A stretch of DNA of 64,000 bases from assembly GCF_009914755.1 (NCBI RefSeq), contig NC_060937.1; one strand, given 5' to 3'. The notes under the pieces are model-generated. The model was not told the DNA's origin and did not search any database. It worked only from the letters and a program-made list of their open reading frames with translations. This DNA comes from the human T2T-CHM13v2.0 reference genome, Homo sapiens. Below are positions 19,369-32,354 of the stretch, piece after piece (position 1 is the stretch's first letter; every line of letters starts with the position of its first letter). Made by a program: the position numbers and the translations under genes.

Positions 19369-19668
19369 GGCGAGGCATAATAGCTCACACCTGTAATCTC
19401 AGCACTTTGGGAGGCCGGGGTGGGCAGATCACTTGAGGTCAGGAGTTTGAGACCAGCCTGGCCAACATGGCGAAACTCCGTCTCTACTAAAAATACAAAC
19501 ATTAGCCAGGCATGATGGCATGCACCTGTAGTCTTAGCTACTCAGGAGGCTGAGGTATGAGAATCGCTTGAACCCAGGAGGGAGAGGTTGCAGTGAGCCA
19601 AGATTGCGCCACTGCACTTCAACCTGGGTGACAGAGCGAGACCTTGTCTCAGAAAAAAAAAAAAAAAA
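19369..19668 (+). mobile_element. AluS
   Basis: Dimeric Alu, A-tail, TSD ctttggtt. Confidence 0.95.
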
Positions 19669-21033
19669 CTTTGGTTCATTTGGTTCAGAGCAAGCCATCA
19701 AAGGTATTTTGTTGTTCTTCACTTTGCCCGCTACCCCTAAACTCAGCAAAGACTCAGCTTTACCCCAATAATAGAAGGAAAGGCTAGAATCACGTCCTTC
19801 TGTCAGAATCAGGGAACAATGAAATCAAAGAAAATAAACAGTAACAACTCACAGGAAGCAGAATTAAAAAGCACAGGTTTGCTTCCAGTGTCCAAGACCA
19901 AGGTGGTCCGGGCTGGGCAGGAGCAGAAGTCTTGACTTGACTTCCAAATGGGAGGAAGAGAAGACTCCAACAGAGAGGAAGCCAGAATGAAAGCCAGATC
20001 ATAAGAGCCTGCACCCTCACACAAGTGAGCAGGCCTGGCCCTCACCTGGAAGGAATAGAGACAAGAAGGATGTCTGGATGTGTTTGGCAATGCTTGTCCC
20101 TTAGAAGATATATTCTACTCAATGCCTTGTGATTAGGCAGATCCAAACCAAAATCTCTCCTCATGGAGGCAGAATATAGGAAGGAAGAAGGCAGAGATGA
20201 CTTACATTTCTCAGAGTCAAAATACATGTTCTCAACTTCGAGTAAGATCAATGAAGAATACCTATGGAAAAACAAAAGGTAAAGAAATTGGGACAAACAT
20301 AAAACTTACCTCCGGTATTTTCTATTATCCTCTAACCACTCTCTGTATTCAGAAAACTACTATGCCTGACTCCTGTATCAGGAAAAGTTGTTAGCTAAGA
20401 AAGCTCTGTTCTGAGTAAAAATCTATGCCCTGAGGGAAACTGATGGGATTCAGGATATATACAATGTACAAGAAAAAATATATAACAAGTCTCCAGCTCA
20501 CTCCACCCCATTACTCTTCCACTAAATACTGAGTTGGAGGGAAGGAGTACAAATGGAAAGGAAAGGAGAAAAATGTAGATGCTGGCTGGTCCCTGAAAAG
20601 GACCCTAAGTTCTATCCCATTCCACTTATGAGGCACACGAGGAATGACAGAGACTTCAGAAGGATTTTGGAAAACCTAGAAAAGAGAACTGAGCTCCATT
20701 TTATAGGTTTTCTCCAGAAGATGTCTCCGAACTCTAGAAATGGCTTCCTCCTGTGTCTGGGCAGTTAGGTTCTTAGCTTCACTGTATCCCACACCCCACC
20801 ATGTCTTGGAAGAAGTTGCTTGGTTCCAGGAGCAGCACACGTGTGCCTCTCACGGCCAGTAGAAGAGAGGACCCTGCAGAAAGGGGCCTGTGTAGGCCAA
20901 TGATAAGAGAACCAGAGGGGACAACTGATATCTAAGGGAATATAACCTTCAATAGACGATCAATACTCAGTCCTCATTTTACTCAAATTGCCAACATCAT
21001 TGATTACAGCTTGGCATTCCTTTCCTCTTCTTC

Positions 21034-21330
<297 letters not shown>

Positions 21331-21674
21331 CCTTTCTTCTTTGAGGTACTTTCTTCACCGGGTTTCTAGTTCTCCACATGTTCTGGTTCTCCTCATACTT
21401 CCCTAATCTCATCTTCTCAGTCTGAAAAGGTTCTCAGTCATGAAAACTTCCTCTTCTATTCTATCTAGAAAGCCCCAGGACTCAGTCTTCCCCTTCCTTC
21501 TCTTGTCTAGCTGGATATCTACACTTATTCCTATGTACTAAGCTATTCGTATGGCTCAAATGTCACCATATCAGAGAGGCTTCTGTAAACTGACCTATCT
21601 GAAATAGTAGCCCCCACCTGAATTCCCCTGTCTCCATACACTCTGAGCTATTTTTCTTTTCATTCACACATACA

Positions 21675-22182
21675 TATTTAATTTTGTGGGCACATGGTAG
21701 GTATATATATTTATAGGTTACATGAGATATTTTGATACATGCATGCAATGCATAGTCATCACATTAGGGTAAACAGGGTATCCATCCTCTCAAGCGTTTA
21801 TCCTTCGTTACATATAATCCAGTTATACTATTTTAGTGGTTTTAAAATGTACAATTATTTTTGACTGCAGTCACCCTGTTGTGCTAGCAAACACTAGGTC
21901 TTATTCTTTCTAACTACTTTTAGTACCCACTAACCATCGCCACATCCCCCACACTCCTACAATTTTTCCCAGCCTCTGATAATCATCCTTCTACTCTGTA
22001 TCTCCATGAGTTCAATTGTTTTGATTCTTAGATTCCACAAATAAGTAAGAATATGCAACGTTTGTCTTTCTGTGCCTGGCTTATTTCACTTAACATAATA
22101 ACCTCCAGCTCCATCCATGTTGTTGCAGATGGCAGGATCTCATTCTTTTTTATGGCTGAATAGTACTCCATTGTGTATATAG
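21675..22182 (-). mobile_element. L1MA 3' end
   Basis: catgagatattttgatac...gtatccatc...tctgtgcctggcttatttcacttaacataa; approximate TSD tgag(c/t)tatttttctt. Confidence 0.88.
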
Positions 22183-22249
22183 TGAGTTATTTTTCTTCAT
22201 AGCATTTATTACCATCTAATAGCATGTACATATATATTTATACATGTAA

Positions 22250-22256
<7 letters not shown>

Positions 22257-22282
<26 letters not shown>
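22257..22282. repeat. (TG)n microsatellite
   Basis: Directly visible. Confidence 0.95.
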
Positions 22283-22287
<5 letters not shown>

Positions 22288-22919
22288 TTGTTTCTGTGAA
22301 AGCACAAATTTTGTGTTTATTGCTGTAGATCAGGACCTAAAGTGGTGCCTGTCACATTATAAGTGCTTAATGAATATTTCTTGAGTGAGTAAATGAAGGA
22401 ATCATGTCAGAGGACCCAAACACTTCTCCTCTGAATTCTGGAAAAAAAAAGATGGAATACAACTGATTTCCCACTATTCCTGGTAAAAAGGAACTTACAT
22501 TAGAATTAAAACCAAGAAAGATCTCTGGCATACGTGAGGTTGTGGCTTTCTAATCACAAAGAAAATTAAAGCTTAGTTGAAAGACATTTCTATAATACCA
22601 AATAGTTCCCAACTTTTTACTTTTAAAGTTCTAATATACCTATTCCCAAAAGCTTTCATCTGAATAGTGGCTAATTCTAAAATAAAATTGGGTAGTGGGA
22701 GGAGGGAGGAATCCCGTACAGACTTGGCAATTTTCTGATGAAGATGTGTAGTTTGAGAAACGCTTAATGATTTTTGAGACATCTTGCTACACTGCCTGAG
22801 GACAGTGGTTTCAGTGTTGTAAGATATCAAGTAAAAATAAAGGCACAATTAAAATATTTCAAAGTGTACAAGAAAAAAGAGAAAAAGAAATAGATGCTGG
22901 CTTAAAAAAAATAAAATTA

Positions 22920-23200
22920 GCCTGTAATCCCAGCACTTTGGGAGGCTGAGGCAGAAGGACTGCTTGAGCCCAGGAGTTCAAGACCAGCCTGAGCAACATA
23001 GAGGGATACCATCTCTCCAAAAATAAAAAAATAAAAAAGCCGGACATAGCGGCACACACTTGTAATCTAGGTACTTGGGAGGACAAGGCTGAGGCAGGAG
23101 AACCACTTGAGCCTGGGAGGCTGCAATGAGCTGTGATCTCACCAAAGCACTCCAGACTGGGCAATAGAGTGAGACCCTATTTCAGAAAAAAGAAGAAGAA
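22920..23200 (+). mobile_element. AluJ, slightly 5'-truncated
   Basis: gcttgagcccaggagttcaagacc; A/G tail. Confidence 0.92.
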
Positions 23201-23292
23201 AATTATTATGGCACTGAACAAGAAATTTCGTATAATGGAGAATTAATTCCTTTATGAAATGATTTTAAGAGGAAAAAAAGGAAAACAGCATT

Positions 23293-23715
23293 GGTATTAG
23301 TCTGTTATTGCACTACTATAAAGAAATACCTGAGACTGGGTAATTTATAAAGAGGTTTAATTGGCCTATGGTTCTGTAGGCTGTACAGGAAGCACAAATG
23401 CTGGCATCTGCTTGGCTTCTGGGGAAGCCTGAGGAAACTTACAATCGTGGTGGAGGGCGAAGTGGGAGTTACCACTTCACATGGCCGTAGCAGGAAGAAG
23501 AGAGGGAGGGGACAAGTGCTACACACTTTTAAACAAACCAGATATCATGAGAATTCACTCACCATCATGAGAACAGCACCAAGGGGATGGCGCTAAACCA
23601 CTCATGAAGGATCCACCCCCATGATCCAATCACCTCCCACTAAGGCCCAACTCCAACATACAGGATTGCAACTGAACATGAGATTTGGGTGAGGACACAG
23701 ATCCAAACCATATCA
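23293..23715 (-). mobile_element. MSTA LTR
   Basis: aaagaaatacctgagactgggtaatttat...atccaaaccatatca; TSD gcat(t/c). Confidence 0.9.
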
Positions 23716-23956
23716 GCATCAAAAGAAGGTGGAAGTAAGAATAAATAAAGTCCACATATGGGTAAAGTTTTAATTTTAGCATGATGATGAAAGAATAAAG
23801 AAGAAATGTACATATTCATTTAATAAGTGTTTATACATCATCTACTCAGGCTCAACAGTGGGGCCAGTGCTGAGGAAACTGAGGTGCCCTCAGAGGGGTA
23901 ACAATCTCACTGGGAAGGCAGACAGGTCCACAGATAATGACAATATAATATTGGGT

Positions 23957-23979
23957 ATATATATATATATATATATGTA

Positions 23980-24028
<49 letters not shown>
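23957..24028. repeat. Compound (TA)n(TG)n microsatellite within an L2 remnant
   Basis: Directly visible; about 23 TG units. Confidence 0.95.
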
Positions 24029-24031
<3 letters not shown>

Positions 24032-25129
24032 CACACTGTCAGTAGTATCCATCCCAGCCTTGGGAAGAAATGGATCTTGAACTTACCAGCAGAAGCTTCC
24101 CTGAAGTTAGAATACCTAGGGACAAGGAGAAGTAGCCCAACAAAAAAGGGGTGGTTAACATAGGCTGTGGATGGAGAAAAGTGGTCCACAGTACTCAACT
24201 TGGCACAAAGACCCTTTGACAAGAGAAAGTAAATTATTTGGTAGCAGAAATTTCAGTAGAGGAGCAGGCTCCTGGCCAGTCTGACACCACGGCTGAATTT
24301 CTCCTGCTGGCTGCCTGACTGCCTCCCACACCCTCAGCTGCTCTGTTTGATGGCAAATGGGAAAAAGATGAATATGCCCAGTCTTCTGACTTGAGGAGTG
24401 TTGTTGGGGTTGGTGGGGTGAAGGGTTACAAAAAGACAGAAGGAAGTATTAGGAACAGATAGATATTGGCTGTACAATCTATTTGGGATTCCTGGGGACT
24501 GGATGTGACACGTGACTTCAAGGGATGGAGGTTTAGGGGAAATCACAGGGCCCACCTAAATAAGAAAGGTAGTGTGGATACTTATCATGGTTCAAGCCAG
24601 GAAATGCTTTTGTTAGGCAAACTGAGGTTTTCCATGTAGAGGGCCTAAAGCTACAGTAGTGTAGGGAATATTCGATACTCTCAGAGGGTGTGGCATCCCC
24701 CCTCTCAGAGTGGGAAATGTAGGAGTGGACACAGTTGCCCCCTCAGCTCCCGACTATGGGCTTCCTGGATCCTCCTCCAAGCCATTCTGAGAATAATGCC
24801 TGGGAAAGGTACAGAAAGGGACCCTTTCATGGACATCCCCCTCTTTGTTTCTTGGGCAGGTGATGTCACTACGCAATAATGTTTAAATACACATGGATGT
24901 GTATTTGAATGGCTGCGACTTACAAGATTAAGAATCAATTAAATCTAAGCAAGTTCATCAAAATGAGGGACAATAATATTGCAACTGGAATAATGGAGGA
25001 AGTGTATAGTTCCTGGGAGTCCACTTTAAAGGGGAGGAAGGCACAAAGAGAATCGGGAAAATAGCAATAAACCAATGGAAACCTAATGGGGGGGACTTGG
25101 AAGTTACTATAGAAAATAGGGCATGTGTC

Positions 25130-25418
<289 letters not shown>

Positions 25419-25679
25419 GTAGGGCAAGTCCATCAAGCCTTTTCTGCCACCAGATGTCCACCAGGACATGTTTTATGGCCCTATAGAGTGAGAGGCAAAC
25501 AGAAGCAGGTTTTTGTGCTTACAATAGAAGAACGAGGATTTGGAATGATGTATATAGGATTGTTTTATAGTTTAATGAGCCTCTCTTTCAGCTTTGAGGA
25601 AATAATGACAATTGTGTAGCGATAGTGGAGAAAAGATTTTTTCATGCATAAGAGCAAGATGTGAAAAAAGATACTAACT

Positions 25680-26153
25680 ATGCTACTTCTCTGCCTTTGC
25701 TCTCTGAAACCCATATCTCCAGGCAAAACCCCTCTCCTGAATCCATACCCACAGAACCAGCCATGACCAGAGACTTCCACCTGGAGGTCACACAGCGTGA
25801 TAGAATCCATAATCATCTCACTATTTTCTTGCTCACCCTTATGGCTCTTTTCCTGTGTTTCCTCCCAGAAAATACCACGATTACCTAGTTGTGTAGGCTG
25901 GAAACATAAAAACCATTGCTGTCTGACCTGTTCAATCACCACAGCCAGTCAACACCCAAGTGCTTTTCAACAGTCACTTAATGCTTATATCAGACTTAGA
26001 GAGTTCATCATTTTATAACTATTTTAAACATGAAAAAATTGAGGTTGGGAAAGTTTCAAGGTTCAAGTTACGTATGTAAGGATGGCCAAGCTAGTTATGA
26101 TAAATGAATCACGGCACATGCAAAAAAGCTTCCATCATACTAAGATTAAAAGC

Positions 26154-26190
<37 letters not shown>

Positions 26191-26900
26191 TGTAAATGAC
26201 TTGCAAAGCCCTCTAAGAACCAGCCCTGGTTCTTAGAGGGCTTGTCTCCTCTTCTCATATGAGCTTCTCATAGCTCCTCTTCTCAAGCTATGAGGAGTCT
26301 TCTCACAGCTTGTCTCCTATGTCTATCACCCTCCTCCTCCCTGTTCTAGAGTCTAACCATTTTGCTGCTCCAGTGAATTACACTGAAGCTTATGGCTTGG
26401 CACCTGCCAGCTCCTCTTCCCAGAAATGTCTCCTTGCTATGTCCCCGAGGCTGCTCACTCACCATTTCTTGTTTGTGTCACCACATTAGAAATACACACT
26501 CTAAATGTCCTCCTAAGAGAGAGGCTCCTACCTGGTGCTCCTAAATGTATTACTCTCCAGAGCACTCATTACCACCGAACGTCGATGCTGAGCACAGAAT
26601 CATGTCTACTTTGTATCTCTAGCACCTAGAACATTCATTGCTATGGAGTTGACATTTTATAAATATTTGACAAACGTGTATTCATGCTAGCAAATGCCTC
26701 CTAGCTCCATCCCGTCTTCTCCATTCCCACTGTTCTGCCTTGGCTCAGGTCATCTCAGCTTACCAGTCTCTGGTTACTCAAATTCAATATTCATTGTTAT
26801 CTAATCTTTACACTATGCCAAAGTTACCTTCCTATTATACACATGTCATGCATTTGCCTCTTCAGAGACCTTCAAAAGCCTCCACTGCCTATGGTAAAAT
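25680..26900 (+). mobile_element. Fragmented L2
   Basis: ccatatctccag; aaatgtctcc; ctaaatgtcctcctaagagagaggct; tctctagcacctagaac. Confidence 0.55.
26155..26186 (+). repeat. A32 homopolymer
   Basis: Directly visible. Confidence 0.95.
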
Positions 26901-27286
26901 CTGCATTTCATACTGTAGAATTCTTAGTCCTTTATCACTTTACCCTTCATTGCCTTTACAAAAAATTCCCACCAGCATTATTTTGTGATAGACACATCAA
27001 GCAGCTCACCAGTCTGCAAATATCACCGATGTTCAGATTTTTCACATTCTCTACCTACTGAAATTCTTCAAAAACCAGGACAAATGTTACCACCAGAAGA
27101 AGGACTTACGGGATAGTACTTGAAGAAAAGGAAGGAAAGAAAAAGAGTAAGTGTCCTGATCTCAGCGCAACTAAAAACTAGCCTGATGATGTGAGGATTG
27201 GAAAAAAAATATGGAAGAGGAAATAGGAAGCAGCCTAGGAACACAGTGACCATGACAGTAGTGATGTTGAAAGAAAGCAGTGTTCA

Positions 27287-27579
27287 GCCAGGCGCGGTGG
27301 CTCATGCCTGTAATCTCAGCACTTTGGGAGGCTGAGGAGGGCAGATCACCTGAGGTTGGGAGTTTGAGACCATCCTGACCAACATGGAGAGAACCCATCT
27401 ACTAAAAATACAAAATTAGCCAGGCGTGGTGGTGCATGCCTATAATCCCAGCTACTCGGGAGGCTGAGGCAGGAGAATTGCTTGAACCCGGGAGGCGGAG
27501 GTTGCGGTAAGCCAAGATTGCGCCATGGCATTCCGGCCTGGGATGAAGAGAGACTCTGTCTAAAAATAAAAATAAAAAA
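27287..27579 (+). mobile_element. AluSp-like
   Basis: cctgaccaacatggag; 18-bp TSD gaaagaaagcagtgttca. Confidence 0.95.
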
Positions 27580-27679
27580 GAAAGAAAGCAGTGTTCATTG
27601 GCTGTAAACTTTGTAGTTGCATTTGGTATTAGAATAATTGCTTATTTTTTCCACCTTGTTTCAAAAGGTTTAACGTTTA

Positions 27680-27925
27680 TAATAATAGCTGTAGTTTCTC
27701 GAGTGGAACATATTCTGGTTCACGTACTAAGCTAAAATGCTTTGCATGCATTAACTTATTTAATATTCACAACTCAATGGGGAAGGTCATATCATCTTTC
27801 AGTAGAGAAGAGTGAAGTTTCAATGACTCACTCAACAGTACAACATGTAATGAAAAAATTAGTTTTTGGACCCAAGAAAATCTGAATTCATGTCTCATGC
27901 TCTTTTCTTTTGTACCACCTGACAC
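27680..27925 (-). mobile_element. MIR (degenerate)
   Basis: ataatagct...tgctttgcatgcattaacttatttaat. Confidence 0.55.
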
Positions 27926-28339
27926 TCTTGAAATTTGGAGGAGTGTCCTGAATAGTTCCTTTTCCTTCCCTTTCTTTTCTGGCAAGGCCATCACATCTAC
28001 GGCTACACATGTTTAAATTATTATACTATACTACTAGTGTACTAGTACTATAGTAATATAAACATACTAGTAGCATGTTTTAAATTACTATACTATACTA
28101 TATTACAAGGTATAGAGCCTTAAAGCCAGGCAGGTACCAGTTTTTACAATGACTGCCTGTGATTCTCTCCTTTTAAACACTCCTTTCTTCACTCAGAGTT
28201 GGTTTTAGTTCTCCTCTGTTAGCAAAAAAAAGAAATATCTGCTCTTCAGCACTGTATTCATAATACCTAACCTTTAAAGCAAAAACTCTGAAATATATAC
28301 CTAGTAAAATGATTTACACGTAGGGGATGGAATATAATG

Positions 28340-28510
28340 AGGCCATTAGGTGAATGAGCTTTGGTGTCAGTATGCCTGTGTTCAAATCCCAGCTGTGCTA
28401 TGTACTTGCTTTGAGATACAGACTAATTTTCTTCACCTTTCTAAGCCTCAGTTTCCCCATCTACAAATTAGGGACCATAATAGCACTTGTCTTACAGGGC
28501 TGTATGGATA
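28340..28510 (+). mobile_element. MIR
   Basis: ttcaaatcccagct...ctaagcctcagtttccccatct. Confidence 0.8.
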
Positions 28511-28716
28511 AGTGGCAGCTGTTGGTACAGGTAGTAATAATAGTAATACTAGCAATACTACTTGTAAAACAAATGAAGTAGGGAGTTCATCTGGAAACTC
28601 CTTTCCTTCACTAAGATTCAGTCATTTCTGACTATGCTTGGTGAACTGATGATGTTATCTTAAGGAATTTATAGAGAGAAAAAGCTCACAATAAAGGAAT
28701 GAGTCAGGTGGATGAG

Positions 28717-29124
28717 TGTATTCGTCCATTAATGTTGCTTTAAAGAAATATCCGAGGCTGGGTAATTTATAAAGAAAAGAGGTTTCTTTTGGCTCACATT
28801 TCTGCAGGCTGTATGAGAAGCATGGTGCCAGCATCTGCTTGTGTTGAGGGCCTCAGGAAGCTTACAGTCATGATGGAAGGCAAAGGGGGAGCCGATGTGT
28901 CACATGGTGAGAGGGAACAAGGGAGAGAGGGAGGAGGTGGCAGCCTCTTTTAAACAACTAGACCATGTATGAACTGGTAGAGTGAGAGCTCACTCATTAT
29001 TATGAGGAGGGCACCACACCATTCATAAGGGATCCACCCCCATGACCCAAACACCTCCCAATAGGTCCCATCTCCAACTTTGGGGATCACATTTTGACAA
29101 ACTATAAACCTCCAAACTATATCA
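28717..29124 (-). mobile_element. MSTB/MSTA LTR
   Basis: gaggctgggtaatttataaagaaaagaggttt...cccatgacccaaacacctccc...ccaaactatatca. Confidence 0.88.
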
Positions 29125-29721
29125 ACAGGCCTTAATCATTGGATGGGGCAACCTGAAGATGAATTTCTTATAAACTTAGATTTATCTTGAGTCAGTATTC
29201 CTCACAACTTTCAATCTATAGCCAATGAACTTGTGATTGGTGGGAGTGGTGGGCTATATGAAAAATCTAAAAAGAGAGTGTGTTTTCAAAATACTATGAG
29301 ACACTGAGGCATGAGCAGTACTAGTAGCCAAGAGTAATGGGAAAAGGGAAGAATGGTTTTCTCCCAGCAGTGCTATAACACACTATGTAACTTTAGTGCC
29401 TCAAAGACTCCACTGCATCAGTGGTAAAGGAGCTAGTGTTAGCAAAAAAATCAAATACTCATGAGGAGAGCAGCATCTGGCAGATCTAGGGCACCCACTG
29501 AGCAGAGAGGAGGCTGGTGCAAAAAGAAAATATCTTTAAGTAGGAGGCAACTGAGAACAATGAGGTACTCTTTGGAGACTCTTAGAGATGGACTCTGAGG
29601 ACTTTGCAGGAAGCTGGAGATCCTCAAATAGTGGGAGTATGAGTGGTGAAATGTTATTGGATAATAGCCAGGGAAACCTAGTCTAGCAAACTCCATGTGA
29701 AAGAACCTAAGCTAGCCCAGA

Positions 29722-30215
29722 TGGTGGCGATTGTGAAAAAAAAAAAAAAAAAAAAAAAAGCCACAAATTCCTTCTCATCCATTTGTAATACGACTTGCAG
29801 CTCCTCCCATCTGAGATGGAGTTTATTTTTTTCACTGCTTAAGCCTAGACTTGGCCATGTTACCCGCTTTGGCCAGTGGCACATTAGCAAACGTAATGAA
29901 GGGACTTGAAAAGTGCTTACAATGGAAATAGCCCTCTTCTGTTAATCTTGGAAACCCTGCAACAACCACCATGTGAAACAGCCTAGACTAGCTCAGTTGC
30001 TAGCCCCTGCCAATAACCAACAGGGAACCAAATTGTGAGTGAGGATGCTGGCTGCCAGCTGGCTACAAAAGCATTACTGAGCCCAGCCGCCACTAACTGC
30101 AACAGAGATGAGCTGTCGTAGCTGAACCCAGCCCAGCACAAATTGCAGACCCACCGAATTGTGAGCTAAATAAGGGTTGTTGTTTTAAATCCCTAACTTT
30201 GGGGTAATATTGACA
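29722..30215 (+). mobile_element. MLT1F/G-like LTR with an internal A24 tract
   Basis: gccacaaattc...gcagctcctcccatc...ttggccatg...cgaattgtgagctaaataa...tgttgttttaa. Confidence 0.72.
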
Positions 30216-30485
30216 TCTATCTACCCATCCATTTCTTCTTTACCTTTTTCTCCAAAAGAATATGAGGTGGTTTACAGCAAAGGACTGAACACTCAGTAAA
30301 GTTAATATCATAGAAATAGTAAAAGATAGAGAAAGCATATATGTCAGTCCCAAGGTCTATGTGATTTTGGTTGATTGGTATTATATTCAACTCTGAACTT
30401 CCTGGAACCTAAAAAAAAAAAAGTGAACCATTTATATATGAGTTACATAAAGATAAGTCAACCATAAAGTTCTAGTTACTATGCT

Positions 30486-31030
30486 GTGTTAGCTTAGTAG
30501 GCTGCTATAACCATGTACTATAGGCTGGTGTTTAAATAATTTATTTCTCACAGTTCTGGGGGCTGGAGGTCTGAGAAGGGGTGCCAGCATGGTCAGTTTC
30601 TGGTGAGGGCCCTCTTCCTGGTTGTAGAGCACCAAGTTCTCACATTCTCACATGGTGGAAAGCGAGATTAGCTTCCAAAGGCTCCCCACCTCTTACTACC
30701 ATCATATGGGGTGGTCTCACTCTGTCACCCAGGCTGAAGTGCAGTGGTGCCATCATGGCTCACTGCAGCCTGGACAACCCGGACTCAAGTGATCCTCACA
30801 CCTCAGCCTCCCAAGTAGTAGGGACTATAGATGTGCACACCACACCCAGCTAATTTTTGAAATATTTTGTAGAGATGAGGTCTCACTAAGTTGCCCAGGC
30901 TGTTCTTAAACTCCTAGCCTCAAGTAATTCTCTCACCTCAGCCTCCCAAAGTGCTTGGATTAAAGGGGTGAGCCACCATGCCCAGCCAACATATGATTTC
31001 TAAGAGACACAAATATTCAGTCCATAACAT
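30486..31030 (-). mobile_element. MLT1A-like LTR split by an Alu
   Basis: ggctgctataac...tttatttctcacagttctgg...attcagtccataaca. Confidence 0.82.
30713..30987 (-). mobile_element. AluJ lacking a poly(A) tail
   Basis: ggtctcactctgtcacccaggctg...cccagcc with no T-run. Confidence 0.9.
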
Positions 31031-31215
31031 AGTGGTAAGCACTTTATACACATTGCTCATTATTAACAGCTCTGTGAGCTAGACATTATTATTCCTATTT
31101 TGTGGATAAGGAAACTGAAGACAAGATATTTCTCTACTCAGCTAATACTTGGGGAACTAAAATTTGATTTGAGGACTGTTTAAATTTCTGATTCTAAAAT
31201 CCATGCCCTTTCCAA
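31030..31215 (-). mobile_element. MIR
   Basis: attattattcctattttgtggataaggaaactga. Confidence 0.7.
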
Positions 31216-31379
31216 CTCACGACAACGATTCTCTAAAATTTTATATAGGGGACAATAAGAATACCCTGAATATCTGAAATGTCTCTTCTCTTCATACAAT
31301 TCACTACTGCACTGTATGAAGTTCAGGATTTCAACATTTCCTACATAAACTGTTGGGCTCACCCTATAACCAGTTTGTC

Positions 31380-31905
31380 TCAGTCCAGTGTCATCCCTTC
31401 CTACCTATCTTCTAAACTTCTTCAGAAATGACCTTTGTATAATTAAAATACATATAATTGTGCCTAGCTCCTGAATAAAATTTTTCAATGACTCCCTATT
31501 ATCTCGAAGATCACATACCTCTATCCATGTTTGGAATCTCATTTCCCGCTACTCACCACTCGGCTTTCTCTATTCTCCAGCCACACTGATCTACTTAACC
31601 ATCCTTGAGTAGTCAACATTAGTGTGCCTTCATGCTCTGCATTCCAAATTCCTTTTATCATTCCTCATTGTCTGCGCCCTCTCAAGTCTTCCCACTTAAT
31701 ACTGCTTCTTCAAGACAGTTCAAACATGCCTGAACTTCCCAGGCTGATTTAGGCCACCCATGGCACCCTTAATGTGCTTCTATTAAAACTCTTACTATAT
31801 ATCACAGCATACTTTCTTGCATAAGAGTGTGTTTTATTCATCAGTTTGTCCCTAGCACTTAACTCAGTGCCTGGCATAGAGTACTCAATAGATATTTGTT
31901 AAGAG
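31380..31905 (+). mobile_element. L2
   Basis: ttcaatgactccc...ctccagccacactg...cagtgcctggcatag. Confidence 0.7.
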
Positions 31906-32354
31906 AAAAAGTAACTGTCTTCAACAACAGTATTCCCACAAATGTGCAGTCTCCATACAGCTGATTCGAAGAACCTCAATCCCTCTGAAAAGTCTGGGCC
32001 TAATTACATTAAATATAGAAGTGATCCTATGATCTCAAATGTATAGCCTTTCAAGATCAAATACAAAAAGAATAGACTTTAGAACACCTGGGTGGATAGA
32101 AGGAAGGATTGATTTATTCCTCAAAAGCTTTCAAAAGAAGGAAAAGAGGGTAGGAGGGAGAAAGGGAGGGAAGATGGATTCCTTTCAGCTTTGAGCACTT
32201 CCTCTGAACTGGTAAAGCCACCTTCGCCCCTTCAAGATCATCATGCTCCTCCACCCTACCCCGCAACGCTGCAAAGCTGCCTCTTCTGCTAGGGCCACTC
32301 TCCCAGGCAATTCTAATGCCACACTTTCCATTTAGAGTCACAACCCCTAGTGAG

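Larger units (their letters stand above)
21331..22400 (+). mobile_element. L2 remnants, interrupted by L1MA
   Basis: ctcaaatgtcacc...cagagaggct; gtgcctgtcacat...aatatttcttgagtgagtaaatgaa. Confidence 0.6.

Noticed and set aside
22228-22259. 13-bp AT-rich inverted repeat next to (TG)n
   Set aside because: Explained by (TA)n low complexity.
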